Source: an uncultured Verrucomicrobiae bacterium | GTDB taxonomy: Bacteria; Verrucomicrobiota; Verrucomicrobiia; Chthoniobacterales; UBA10450 | Assembly (NCBI GenBank): GCA_963824795.1 | Contig: CAWGQU010000010.1 | Location: 1,215-65,214 of the forward strand | DNA: 64,000 nucleotides | Direction of reading: 5' to 3' | Part shown: positions 19,855 to 29,468 of the stretch, one piece after another | How the letters are laid out: each line of letters starts with the position of its first letter | Numbering within the stretch: position 1 is the stretch's first letter | Notes under the pieces: model-generated | Told to the model about the DNA's origin: nothing | Databases searched by the model: none | Seen by the model: only the letters and a program-made list of their open reading frames with translations | Program-made: the position numbers and the translations under genes

Positions 19855-20757
19855 ATGCTGCAGCAATATAACGAGAAGAACCGCGATCTGATCGTCAATA
19901 TCAACGGCCGCCTCGTGCATCGGGACGAGGCTGGCGTCAGTCCATTCGATTCCGCGGTGCAAGGTGGCGATGCCGTTTGGGAAGGATTGCGTTTATACGA
20001 CGGCAGGATTTTCAAACTCAAGGAACATCTCGAACGCCTGCGCCGATCCGCGACTGCTCTCTCGTTTGCGGAGATCCCGCCTAACGAGAAGATTGTCGAC
20101 GAAATCAAGCGCACCCTCGCGGCGAACAAAATGCGTGACGGCGTGCACATTCGCCTGACGTTAACGCGCGGAGTGAAAATCACTTCCGGGATGGATCCGC
20201 GCCTGAATCAATCAGGGCCGACCTTGATCGTGCTCGCCGAGCATAAGGCACCGGTTTACGCGAAGACAGGATTGAGGTTGATCACAAGTAGCTTTCGCCG
20301 GCCGCCGCCCGAGATTCTCGATCCGCAAATTCACCACGCCAACCTTCTCAACTCCATTCTCGCCAAGATCGAAGCGAACAACGCCGGCGCGGACGATGCG
20401 CTCATGCTCGATATTCATGGATTGATCGCGGAGACGAATGCCACGCACATTTTCGTCGTGCGAAATGGCGAAATTGCTACCAGTCGCGTCGTCGCCTGCC
20501 CGGAAGGAATCACGCGCGCGACCGTGATCGAGATTTGCGCGACCGAGAGAATACCGTGCTATGAAACAGATCTGAAACTCGACGAAGCGTATCGCGCGGA
20601 TGAAGTCTTTTGCAGCGGCACAATGGGCGAACTCGCAGGTATCACGCAGATCGACGATCAGCTCATCGGGAACGGCCAGGTAGGACCGATGACAAAACGA
20701 TTGAGCGAACTCTACGCGCAGCGCACCGCGAGTGAAGGTTTGCGTGTCGTAGAATAG
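19855..20757 (+). CDS. Class IV (fold type IV) PLP aminotransferase, branched-chain/D-amino-acid type
   Basis: 300 aa with typical class IV blocks (FDSAVQGGDAVWEGLR, EHLERLRRSA, HIRLTLTRG, ETNATHIFVV, GITR). Confidence 0.8.
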   Translation: MLQQYNEKNRDLIVNINGRLVHRDEAGVSPFDSAVQGGDAVWEGLRLYDGRIFKLKEHLERLRRSATALSFAEIPPNEKIVDEIKRTLAANKMRDGVHIRLTLTRGVKITSGMDPRLNQSGPTLIVLAEHKAPVYAKTGLRLITSSFRRPPPEILDPQIHHANLLNSILAKIEANNAGADDALMLDIHGLIAETNATHIFVVRNGEIATSRVVACPEGITRATVIEICATERIPCYETDLKLDEAYRADEVFCSGTMGELAGITQIDDQLIGNGQVGPMTKRLSELYAQRTASEGLRVVE

Positions 20758-20788
20758 TATCGTCGCGGCATCGCGGCCCATCGCTTGT

Positions 20789-21613
20789 TCAGCGCAGATA
20801 GTTGTTTGGTTCGACGAGCTCGAATCCGGGCGTGTTTTGTACGAAGTGGCGCAACCAGAAGGCGTGGCCAGAACCGAAGACAACCAAGACACGATCTCCC
20901 GGTTTCGCGATTTGCGTTAGTTTCGCGAAAATTTTTGCGTTGCGCTGATACCACGCCGCATTCAATTCCGCGCCTGGCTGTTCCTTCTCGTTTCCGAACG
21001 GCAATAGAGCGTAGTAAAAATCTTGATGATCGGCGGCGATGCGCGCTGACTCATTCAAATCAGCCAGCATCAATCGAATGGATTTCGTTCTCTGCGCAGT
21101 CTCCATTCGCTTCATCGTTTGCTCGACCTTTTGCTGCAAGGCGTCGAGCGCAGCGCTTTGCTCGTGTTTCTTTGCGTAAACCTCGACTTTGTCGAACGGG
21201 AAATAATCGATCGTTTTGCTCTGCTCATCGATTCCGTAGATCGTCTTTTGATTGAGCTGATGCGCGAGACGAAACGCGATCTGCACTCGCTCGTCAGGAT
21301 TGGTGGTCAACTTCTCCGGCGTGAACTTCTCGTAACTCGTCAGCGCGAAACCGGGACGATCGGAGATCCCTTCGACCGCAATTTTATCCGGATGAAATTT
21401 TGCCAGATGTGAAGCGACATCATTCAGCTCGGTTTGCTTCTCCGGCGTGAGGACGCTGTCGACTTTCATGTTGTGCAAATCGAGGCCGGGATTTCCAAAG
21501 TGGTAGGTGCCGAGCACCATCACTTGAATCGCAGCGGGTGTTGGTTGTGAACTTTGTCCGTGCACAATTGCGCTCGGAAGTAAAAGGAGGCAGAGGCCAA
21601 GGAGAATTTTCAT
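20789..21613 (-). CDS. Secreted DUF5694-like (TraB/GumN/ChaN-fold-like) protein
   Basis: Signal peptide MKILLGLCLLLLPSAIVHG. VLGTYHFGNPGLD motif and C-terminal FGSGH motif. The family assignment is from memory. Confidence 0.55.
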   Translation of the reverse strand: MKILLGLCLLLLPSAIVHGQSSQPTPAAIQVMVLGTYHFGNPGLDLHNMKVDSVLTPEKQTELNDVASHLAKFHPDKIAVEGISDRPGFALTSYEKFTPEKLTTNPDERVQIAFRLAHQLNQKTIYGIDEQSKTIDYFPFDKVEVYAKKHEQSAALDALQQKVEQTMKRMETAQRTKSIRLMLADLNESARIAADHQDFYYALLPFGNEKEQPGAELNAAWYQRNAKIFAKLTQIAKPGDRVLVVFGSGHAFWLRHFVQNTPGFELVEPNNYLR

Positions 21614-21713
21614 ATTCGATCGGGTCGCATCGATGAGATGCAAATCGATCACGCTTTGGATTTGAATTTCTCGCTTATTCGATGGCCGGACTTTTTGTCA
21701 TTGCATATCGCGG

Positions 21714-22751
21714 TCAAACATGAGCGGCCCCATTGCTGGCCGAACCCATGGGCGTTCGCGGCAACGTTTGCCACAAAATGTAAGCGAGGCGCCACGCGTA
21801 GATCGCGCCGATAAGCGCAATTCCAAACCAAAGACCGATCACGCTGAGCGAGAGGATGCTCTGAATCTCGGTGCTCTCTCGCGCGCTGAGCGCGATGCCG
21901 TTGCGATCGAAAATCGAAAGCAAGGGCGAAGTGTGGAGCAGCGGATAGATGATAATCAGGCCGGCAACGCTGCTGATGACTCCGGCGAGCGGCGGCAGCC
22001 AACGCCAGTTTGGTTCGACGAGGTTGATCCAATGTTGAGCGAGATTGATGAACATGATGATCAAAATCGGCAGATGCAGCGTCGCGAGAATCGGCGCGAA
22101 ATGCACCTGCGCTCCGGCATTCGTGACCACGAGATACGGAATGCTCCCGTGGTTCCACCACCAAACGATGAAGATCGATTGAATGATGATGCCGGCGATC
22201 GAACTCGAGCGCCGCACCTGTTTCGCCTGACGATCGAGTGAGGGAAGACTGCGAGGGTCCCAGTCGCTCGTCCATTTCTCGACGAAATGAAATTTGCGCA
22301 GACCAAAATCGAAAAGTGCGAAAACGAGCGTGACGAAAAAGAGAGCGGGCAACGCCAGCCGGATCACGCGAAAAAGAACGTGCGCGAGTTCGCGCATCGG
22401 ATTTATGTCCGTGCTCAAGACCAGGGCTGGAATGATTGCCGATACCAGCAAGAGGACGAACATGACCTTGAGCGCGATCCAATAGAACGGAAAAACAACG
22501 GGACCGATCAATTGACGACCTAGAGCAACGGTCCTGTGTTCATGGCGGTAGCGCGAAGCGACGAGAATCGGCGAGCCTTGTTGTTTGAGAAACGCCGCGA
22601 TCTCTTCATCAGTTAGAGACCGGCCGAGTTCGGCCGCGCGATCGTCAATTTCGGCCTGAAGGTTTGCGCCCAGTTCAGCGGCGATGTCGTCGCGCTGCGT
22701 TTTTGGCAGCCAGAATTTTACGGCAGTAAGATAGCGATCGAGGAGTTGCAT
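21714..22751 (-). CDS. HAAS/DUF1700-type membrane protein (PadR-associated sensor-like)
   Basis: N-terminal MQLLDRYLTAVKFWLP...DDIAAEL...EIDDRAAELG helix bundle followed by at least 6 TM helices. Immediately downstream of PadR. Confidence 0.65.
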   Translation of the reverse strand: MQLLDRYLTAVKFWLPKTQRDDIAAELGANLQAEIDDRAAELGRSLTDEEIAAFLKQQGSPILVASRYRHEHRTVALGRQLIGPVVFPFYWIALKVMFVLLLVSAIIPALVLSTDINPMRELAHVLFRVIRLALPALFFVTLVFALFDFGLRKFHFVEKWTSDWDPRSLPSLDRQAKQVRRSSSIAGIIIQSIFIVWWWNHGSIPYLVVTNAGAQVHFAPILATLHLPILIIMFINLAQHWINLVEPNWRWLPPLAGVISSVAGLIIIYPLLHTSPLLSIFDRNGIALSARESTEIQSILSLSVIGLWFGIALIGAIYAWRLAYILWQTLPRTPMGSASNGAAHV

Positions 22752-22781
22752 GTTGGTTATTGGTTTGGATTGTTCGTTAGG

Positions 22782-23123
22782 CTAAATGATGCGGTGGAGG
22801 GAAGCGTTGATCTTCTCGAGCTCTGTCAGGAGCAATTTCAGAATCTGGCGACCGTCTTTTGAAAGTTTGTAGAAGCGTTTCTGGCGATTGTTTTCCTCGC
22901 GCCATTCACTTTCGAGCAGGCCCTGGCTTTCGAGGCGGCGCAGGAGCGGATAGAGAGTTCCTTCATCCATCTCCATCCCGAGCGCGGCCAGGTCCGTGCG
23001 CAGACTGTAGCCGTAATGCTCGCTCCGCAGTTGCGCGAGCACCGCCACAATGAGCAACCCGCGTCTCAATTCGAGCCGCAAATTGTTGAAAAGATCAATA
23101 TTCAGGTCAGTGGAGGTCGCCAT
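22782..23123 (-). CDS. PadR-family transcriptional regulator
   Basis: 113 aa with a winged-HTH pattern (HYGYSLRTDL...EGTLYPLLRRLESQGLLESEW). Confidence 0.9.
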   Translation of the reverse strand: MATSTDLNIDLFNNLRLELRRGLLIVAVLAQLRSEHYGYSLRTDLAALGMEMDEGTLYPLLRRLESQGLLESEWREENNRQKRFYKLSKDGRQILKLLLTELEKINASLHRII

Positions 23124-23130
23124 GTTTTTT

Positions 23131-23175
23131 ACTATGTGCAGGACACTATGTCACACACAGTATGTGCAACACAGT
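23131..23175. promoter_or_regulatory. Putative PadR operator: three TATGT(G/C)(C/A) repeats just upstream of the padR start
   Basis: ACTATGTGCA / ACTATGTCAC / AGTATGTGCA spaced about 13-15 bp, beginning 8 nt from the padR start codon. Confidence 0.35.
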
Positions 23176-23355
23176 GATACGCGTCAACAGGAAATTTTAG
23201 AAAAAGTTTTTTGGAAAATGTGCCGAAGCAAGTTTGGAAGGTGCCGTGCTGTTGCCAAGACGGCGATGCCTTCAGATGTTAGAGCGCGACCGCCGGGGCG
23301 CGCCGAGATCGCGAAGTGTTATGCCCGCACGCCGGCTATTAATTTATCAAATGCG

Positions 23356-23434
23356 GGTCATCCCGAGCGGATGCGATGGACCTCACGATCTTCGTTGTGC
23401 GATCGAGAGATCCTTCGCTTCGTTCAGGATGACG
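23356..23434. repeat. Family-B palindromic element, copy 5
   Basis: GGTCATCCCGAGCGGATGCGATGGACCTCACG ... GAGATCCTTCGCTTCGTTCAGGATGAC. Confidence 0.85.
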
Positions 23435-23538
23435 GCGAATAAACGGCGTCGACAAAAGTGACAAAATCTGTGATCGCCCGACGTGCCGCGGCCTTGTATC
23501 AAACGCCGAATCGAAAATAGCGGCGCTCGCCGCTACAT

Positions 23539-25959
23539 TCATTCCGCCCGCAACGCTTCGACTGGATTTACCATCGTGGCGCGTCGCGCGGGAAAAAGAC
23601 AAGCCAGCAACGCGGCCAGAGCAAGAACTGCGATCGTCGCGCTTAGCAGTATGGGATTGTAAGCGGATGTTTCGTAAAGCTGCGATTTGATCAGACGACC
23701 GACCGCGAGTGCTGTCGTTAGGCCAACCGCCAATCCAATCAGCACCGGCTTCATTCCCTGCATCACAACCATGCGCAACACGTCCATCGTTTGCGCACCG
23801 AGCGCCATGCGTACGCCGATTTCACCTGTGCGCTGCTCAACCGTGTAAGCGACAGCTCCATAAATTCCGACCGTTGCGAGCAGTAAGGCCACGCCGGCAA
23901 AAATGCCCAGCAGCCACATCATCAACCGCGCCTGGCCGAGCGCTTGCGCGACGACATCGTCCATCGCTTGCGGCAGCGCGATCGCGAGCGTGGGATCGAC
24001 TTTGCTCAACGCCGCCTGGACAAGCCGTGTCACCTCTTCTGTCTTTAAGGTGCTCCTCACGGTGATGGCGCCGAATGGAAAATTTTCCTGCGCCCACGGA
24101 CGATAGAACTCCATGTCGTTAGGCTTGGCCAGCTGCACCGAACGGACGTCGCCGACGATTCCGATGATTTCCACCGGCACGCTGTTGCTCGTGATTAACA
24201 GGGTTTTGCCGATTGCATTCTCGTTAGGGAACACTTTCTTCGCTCCGGCCTGGCTGATGAGAATGACATTCTGGTGTCCGTCGATGTCGTGCTGATCGAA
24301 ATCGCGTCCGGCGAGAATGGGAATTCCCCACGTTCGGAAAAATCCAGGCGCAAAATCGTGCGACGGCGCGCCCGGTCGATCGGCCACCGGAGGAATGTTT
24401 CCTTCGGGCCTCGTGTAAAGCGTGCTGCCTGCGCCGCCGATCAGCGGAAAGTCGCTGCTGAACGCGATGTCCTGAAATCCCGACGTCGCGCGTAACTCCG
24501 TCTGCAATTGCTCACTGAATCGCGTGCGCGAGGCCATGTCGGGATAGCGCGTCTGCGGGAAAGTAAGAAATCCGACCCAAAGATTCTTCGGATTGAATCC
24601 AGTATTCTGCTGGCTCAGCCTAACGAAACTGGTAATGAGCAACGCCGCACCCGCGAGCAGCGTCACGGAAAGCGCTACCTGCGCGCCGACAAGAATTTTG
24701 CGGAAACGTTGTTGTCGCACACTCCCGCTCGATCCGCGGCCGCCTTCCTTCAATCCTTCTACCAGATCCGCACGTGAACTTTGCAGCGCTGGATAAATTC
24801 CCATTACCAATCCAGTCAGAAGAGACAATGCGATTGTGAAAATGAGCACGGGAATGGAAAGACTGGTGGCGCTGTTCGCTTCCAGCGGCAGAAAATTCGC
24901 CGCCATCCTCGGCACGAGCGGAACCAATTGCCACGCCAGGAATGATCCGACCAATCCCGCGATCGCGCTAACGAGCACACTTTCGAAAACGAACAGTCGC
25001 ATCACGCTGCCGCGCGACGCGCCCAGCGCCATGCGCAACGCAATCTCGCGACGGCGTCCGCTAAACCTAACGAGCAGCAGATTCGCGACGTTACTGCAGG
25101 CGATGAGCAAAACGAAACCGACCGCTGCGAAAAGCGTGGCAAAGCCCGCGCGAATATTCGCCGTCACATCTTCGGGCAACGTCTTGACCGTCGTGAACAT
25201 ATTGGCGTCGATCTTCGCCGGGTATTGCGTGTTGTAGGCTTGATCGAGCGATGGCAGCGCCGCGCGCACTTGCTGCATGGTCACGCCCGGCTTCAATCGC
25301 CCGATCATGCGCAGGAAACCAGTGCCGCGCATCATGCGTTCGTGCGTGAAGCCGGGAAGTTGAAACGGCTTCGTCGTCCACACTTCCACGTTAGGTCCAG
25401 TCCATGAAACAGGCAGTTTCGGTAACACGCCCACGATTGTGTGCGCCGTGCCGTCGAGCGTGATGGCACGTCCCACCACATTCGGATCGCCTCCGAGCCG
25501 TTTGCGCCAGAAATTTTCCGAGATGAGCGCCACGTCGGCGCCCTCCTCTTCGTTAGGCAAAAAATTCCGCCCGATGATTGGGCGAACGCCCAGCACGTCG
25601 AAGTAATTCGCTGTGGTGCGAGAAGCGAAGAGCTGAACCGGTTCGCCGAGGCCCGTCAACGTCATCGCCGTCCCGGTATCGGCGGCCAGCTCTGAAAAGA
25701 TCGGCTGTCCATCACGCCATTGCATGAAGCGCGGCGCCGAGATGCCGATCTCGGGCAGGCTGCCATCCTTGGCGTTGCCGTAAACATGAATCACGCGCTG
25801 CGGATCCTTGAATGGCAGCCCGCGCAGGAACAGATCGTTGATCAAACTAAAGATCGCAGTGTTAAGCCCGATCCCGAGCGCCAGCGTGATCACGGCGAGC
25901 AAAGTGAACCCGGGCGATTTGAACAACTGCCGAAGCGCGAAACGAATATCGATCATCAT
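23539..25959 (-). CDS. Duplicated FtsX/MacB-type ABC permease (ADOP-like orphan permease)
   Basis: 806 aa with two MacB_PCD + FtsX halves. N-terminal LRQLFKSPGFTLLAVITLALGIG. No adjacent ATPase gene. Confidence 0.85.
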   Translation of the reverse strand: MMIDIRFALRQLFKSPGFTLLAVITLALGIGLNTAIFSLINDLFLRGLPFKDPQRVIHVYGNAKDGSLPEIGISAPRFMQWRDGQPIFSELAADTGTAMTLTGLGEPVQLFASRTTANYFDVLGVRPIIGRNFLPNEEEGADVALISENFWRKRLGGDPNVVGRAITLDGTAHTIVGVLPKLPVSWTGPNVEVWTTKPFQLPGFTHERMMRGTGFLRMIGRLKPGVTMQQVRAALPSLDQAYNTQYPAKIDANMFTTVKTLPEDVTANIRAGFATLFAAVGFVLLIACSNVANLLLVRFSGRRREIALRMALGASRGSVMRLFVFESVLVSAIAGLVGSFLAWQLVPLVPRMAANFLPLEANSATSLSIPVLIFTIALSLLTGLVMGIYPALQSSRADLVEGLKEGGRGSSGSVRQQRFRKILVGAQVALSVTLLAGAALLITSFVRLSQQNTGFNPKNLWVGFLTFPQTRYPDMASRTRFSEQLQTELRATSGFQDIAFSSDFPLIGGAGSTLYTRPEGNIPPVADRPGAPSHDFAPGFFRTWGIPILAGRDFDQHDIDGHQNVILISQAGAKKVFPNENAIGKTLLITSNSVPVEIIGIVGDVRSVQLAKPNDMEFYRPWAQENFPFGAITVRSTLKTEEVTRLVQAALSKVDPTLAIALPQAMDDVVAQALGQARLMMWLLGIFAGVALLLATVGIYGAVAYTVEQRTGEIGVRMALGAQTMDVLRMVVMQGMKPVLIGLAVGLTTALAVGRLIKSQLYETSAYNPILLSATIAVLALAALLACLFPARRATMVNPVEALRAE

Positions 25960-26194
25960 AAGGAAAGTGATCCTTTCTCCTTTGTAGCTCTTTTGACCCT
26001 TGTAACCAAAGACTCGATGCGCCCCTCGGCGCAGTTGGATTCAATTAGAAGACGCCGCCACTGTCGAGTTTTGTCTAAACATTGTGCACGATGTTGCGGT
26101 GTTTCCGCCAACACCGGATAACCAGATCCGGTACCATGACGCGGTTTGCCTGCTTTTCGGTGGCAAGATCTCGCTCAATGGAGCAACGGCAAGA

Positions 26195-27454
26195 TTAACG
26201 CGGATCGGTTACGCGCCCGAGAAATAGACAGACACCGCTTGGGACATGTTGGATGGCGTAAAGAAACGGGCGATCCACGTTGACCTCAATCGGCTCCGAA
26301 GGCCGCATCGCGCTGGTGGCCAGCGCCACAATGGCGGCGGTTGCAGCTGCGGCTTCCGTTCCTTTTTCATCGACCGCGATGAATGTTTTATGAAAAACGC
26401 TTGAGAGATATAAGTATTCGTTAGGCCGACGGGGGGCGAGTCGATCGAAATTTGCGCTGCCCGGCGGTATGTCGAAAGCGCTCTTCATTCCGAGCGCTTC
26501 GAGTTGCGTTTTCAAAGCCACAGTCGGCGGCTCCAATTTGAATTTGGGAAATGAGAGAATGACGTCGGCTGTCGGAAGTTTGGCGCAGTCGGCCAGCATC
26601 GTCGGCGTCAATTTTTTCTCCAGTCCGGCCAGGCCGTTCACATCATCGGGCAAAAGGACAACGAAGTTTAGTTCGCGTCCGGTGTAGGGAATACAGAAAA
26701 CCGTGAATCCCGGATGCTTCGCATAACCAAGGCCATCCAAACGTTTATGCATCATCGGCACATCGACCGGCGAGCCGCCTTTCACGTGAAACGGCTCCGG
26801 TTTCGTCGCTTCTTTTTCGAATGGCTTGGCCCACGGCGCCTTAAGATAAAGCGCGTTGGTCAGGACCATCCGTGCTGTCGCATCGATCGCACCGCTGGGA
26901 ATCAAATCGCGGATACGCTTGTGCGTTTGTTCGGCGACCCAATCGTTGATGTAGGCTCTCGCCTTCTCCGGGTTATTTGAGAAATCGAGCGCTTCAAGCG
27001 GAGCGCCATAATTGCTTTTAACCAGCGTCAGGAAGCTCTGGCGAAAATCGTAGCCTTTCTCGGCGAAAAGACGGTTTGCAATCGTCAGCGTAATCGGTTC
27101 GGACGGGCCACCGTAAATTTTGGATTGGCCGGCGATCTCTTTGGTTCTTTCCGCCATCGCTTCGAGCGATTTTTGGAGCGCGGCGAAGGAGGCGTGGATA
27201 TCGTCACCGCTTTCCGGGAAGTGCAGCGTGCGCGCCATTTCGGTGTGCGTTTTGCCATCGGCGCCCGCGAACGTCATGCCAAGCGCGCTTTCGATTGAAT
27301 ACGGCGAGAGGCAGAGATTTTCTTCGCCGGTTGCGAGTTTACGGTAAAGATCGAGTCCGAACTCGTTTGTCGCAGACGCAGCAGTTTGCATTTGGGCGCC
27401 GTTAGTGTTGAACGCGAGAAGGATCGAACAGAACAGAAGCGAAATCGATTTCAC
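26195..27454 (-). CDS. Secreted serpin (serine protease inhibitor)
   Basis: Signal peptide. Serpin hinge/RCL EKGTEAAAATAAIVALATSAM followed by VDRPFLYAI. Confidence 0.85.
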   Translation of the reverse strand: MKSISLLFCSILLAFNTNGAQMQTAASATNEFGLDLYRKLATGEENLCLSPYSIESALGMTFAGADGKTHTEMARTLHFPESGDDIHASFAALQKSLEAMAERTKEIAGQSKIYGGPSEPITLTIANRLFAEKGYDFRQSFLTLVKSNYGAPLEALDFSNNPEKARAYINDWVAEQTHKRIRDLIPSGAIDATARMVLTNALYLKAPWAKPFEKEATKPEPFHVKGGSPVDVPMMHKRLDGLGYAKHPGFTVFCIPYTGRELNFVVLLPDDVNGLAGLEKKLTPTMLADCAKLPTADVILSFPKFKLEPPTVALKTQLEALGMKSAFDIPPGSANFDRLAPRRPNEYLYLSSVFHKTFIAVDEKGTEAAAATAAIVALATSAMRPSEPIEVNVDRPFLYAIQHVPSGVCLFLGRVTDPR

Positions 27455-27459
27455 AACTC

Positions 27460-27537
27460 TGTCACTCTGAGCGAAGCGAAGAATCTCGCAAGTTCCTCTC
27501 TGTTTTCGAGAGGTCCTTCGCTTCGCTCAGGATGACA
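27460..27537. repeat. Family-B palindromic element, copy 6
   Basis: TGTCACTCTGAGCGAAGCGAAGAATCTCGC ... GAGAGGTCCTTCGCTTCGCTCAGGATGACA. Confidence 0.85.
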
Positions 27538-27539
27538 AA

Positions 27540-29468
27540 CTAAACAATGCCGCTCTGGAGCCACTCGTGTTTCCCAGCGAGAAGTTCCTGCGTCAGATCG
27601 TAGCCGCTGCGATCGGCGTTTTTGCTCGTGCCGGCAAAATGATGATCGATACGCATGCGCGCAGAACGGCAAAAATAATTCGCGAGCGAGAGAATCTCAT
27701 CAGCCGGTTCGCCGTGATTGATCTTTGATTGCGCAAATGAGCAAGTGGCGCTGATCGCAAAAAGTTCCGTCGCAATTCCACAGAAGCGCGAAAGCAACAG
27801 CTGTTCGCGATCGAGCTTCGGGCCGAAGCGCGCCATGGCGTGAAATAATCCCCGCGCAAGACGGTGGCTTGTGCGCGCCGCGTAATCGACGTGAGCGCGC
27901 AGATCGTTGTGCAAATCTTTAATCTCGCCCGCGCCGCCGCCAAACAACTGTTTCGGATACCAGCTCGCATAGAATTTTCCGGAACTGAAAGCTGCTTTGA
28001 CGCGTTCCGACATTGGCAGCTGCGTGTTGAAAATGGCGCCGCCAACTTTGAGATGCGGATCGAGCGCTTCACGTGCGATGAACAAGCGCATGATTTCGCT
28101 CGAACCTTCGAAGATCATGTTGATGCGGCAATCGCGCAGGAAACGTTCGACTGCGATCGGTTCTTCACCGCGACCGGCGAGCGATTGTGCGGTCTCGTAA
28201 CCGCGTCCGCCGCGCACTTGCATCGCTTCGTCGGCGATGCGCCATGTCGTCTCCGTCGCCCACATTTTGCACATCGCAGTCTCGATGCGCAGATCGCCGG
28301 CCTTCCGATCGACCAAAGCCGACGTGAGAAAAGTCATCGCTTCCATTGCGAAAACGCTGCCGGCCATTTCGGCAATCTTGCCGGCGATCGCGTAGTGCTG
28401 ACCGATCGGCACGCCCCATTGCACGCGTTCCTTCGCCCATTTGCGGCAGATCTCGAGCAAACGTTTCGACAGGCCCACGCACGCCGCCGGAATCGTGAGA
28501 CGGCCGGTATTCAAAGTCGTTAGGGCAACCTTCAATCCCGCGCCTTCTTTGGAAATCATGTTCTCGCGCGGCACGCGCACGTCGGTAAATTTCACGACGC
28601 CGTTGTAGAGCGCGCGCAAGCCCATGAAGTGGCAGCGATAGGTGATCTCGAGCCCCGGCGAATCGACATCGACGATGAACGCAGTGATTTGCTTGCGCTC
28701 GCGACCTTTCACGATCTTCGGTGGCGTTTTTGCCATCACCACAAGCACGCCCGCTTTCACGCCGTTCGTGCACCAAAGCTTTTCGCCGTTAAGAATGAAG
28801 GCTGAGCCATCTTCCGTTGGATCGGCCCGCAAGCTCATGTTCGCCGGATCGGAACCGGCGTTCCATTCCGTCAACGCAAACGCGGAGATTTCATGGCGCG
28901 CGACACGCGGCAGATATTTTTTCTTTTGCTCTTCCGTCCCAAAGAGCAGCAGCGGCTGCGGCACACCGATCGATTGATGCGCGGAGACAAGCGCCGTCAC
29001 ATTCGCATCCCAACTTCCCAGCAGCATCGCGGCGCGGCCGTAATTAACCTGCGACAGACCAAGACCTTCGTATTCCTTCGGAATCTTGACGCCGAACGCG
29101 CCCATCGCGAAGAGATCGTCGATGTTCTTTTGCGGAATTTCGCCGGTGCGATCGATCTCATCGGCGTCGACGTTATCGTGCAAATATTTCTTCAGATTGG
29201 AGAGGAATTCTTCTCCGGCGGCGCGATCTTCCGCGCTTTGTTCCGCGAATGGATGAATGCGGTCGAAGTCGAAGCGACCGACAAAAAGATTGCTCGCAAA
29301 ACTGCCGCGATCGTCGAGCGGATCGCGCGATGCTTCGGCCAGCTCCAATGCCGCGCGCTTGCCTTCCGACATCTTCGAAGTGTCGATGACTGATGCCGTT
29401 TGCTTTTCCGACTTCGCGCTTGTTTCCTTGGCGACCTGACGGTCTGGCGCCTCAAGTGGTGAATTCAT
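27540..29468 (-). CDS. Long-form acyl-CoA dehydrogenase
   Basis: 642 aa. ACAD N/M/C domains (TEWNAGSDP, GGRGYE) plus a C-terminal extension. Its ATG overlaps the stop of the upstream fadJ-like fragment. Confidence 0.85.
   Translation of the reverse strand: MNSPLEAPDRQVAKETSAKSEKQTASVIDTSKMSEGKRAALELAEASRDPLDDRGSFASNLFVGRFDFDRIHPFAEQSAEDRAAGEEFLSNLKKYLHDNVDADEIDRTGEIPQKNIDDLFAMGAFGVKIPKEYEGLGLSQVNYGRAAMLLGSWDANVTALVSAHQSIGVPQPLLLFGTEEQKKKYLPRVARHEISAFALTEWNAGSDPANMSLRADPTEDGSAFILNGEKLWCTNGVKAGVLVVMAKTPPKIVKGRERKQITAFIVDVDSPGLEITYRCHFMGLRALYNGVVKFTDVRVPRENMISKEGAGLKVALTTLNTGRLTIPAACVGLSKRLLEICRKWAKERVQWGVPIGQHYAIAGKIAEMAGSVFAMEAMTFLTSALVDRKAGDLRIETAMCKMWATETTWRIADEAMQVRGGRGYETAQSLAGRGEEPIAVERFLRDCRINMIFEGSSEIMRLFIAREALDPHLKVGGAIFNTQLPMSERVKAAFSSGKFYASWYPKQLFGGGAGEIKDLHNDLRAHVDYAARTSHRLARGLFHAMARFGPKLDREQLLLSRFCGIATELFAISATCSFAQSKINHGEPADEILSLANYFCRSARMRIDHHFAGTSKNADRSGYDLTQELLAGKHEWLQSGIV

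Noticed and set aside
20808-20830. tRNA-like T-arm sequence GGTTCGACGAGCTCGAATCCGGG
   Set aside because: It lies inside the DUF5694-like CDS. No acceptor or anticodon stems can be drawn around it.
21649-22482. Long alternative-frame ORFs (this one, plus 34043..34864, 45304..45894, 58224..59012, 38607..39254 and 13422..14144)
   Set aside because: Each overlaps a gene with clear family motifs. All have Arg/Pro/Ala/Ser-rich low-information translations. I treat them as non-coding frames.
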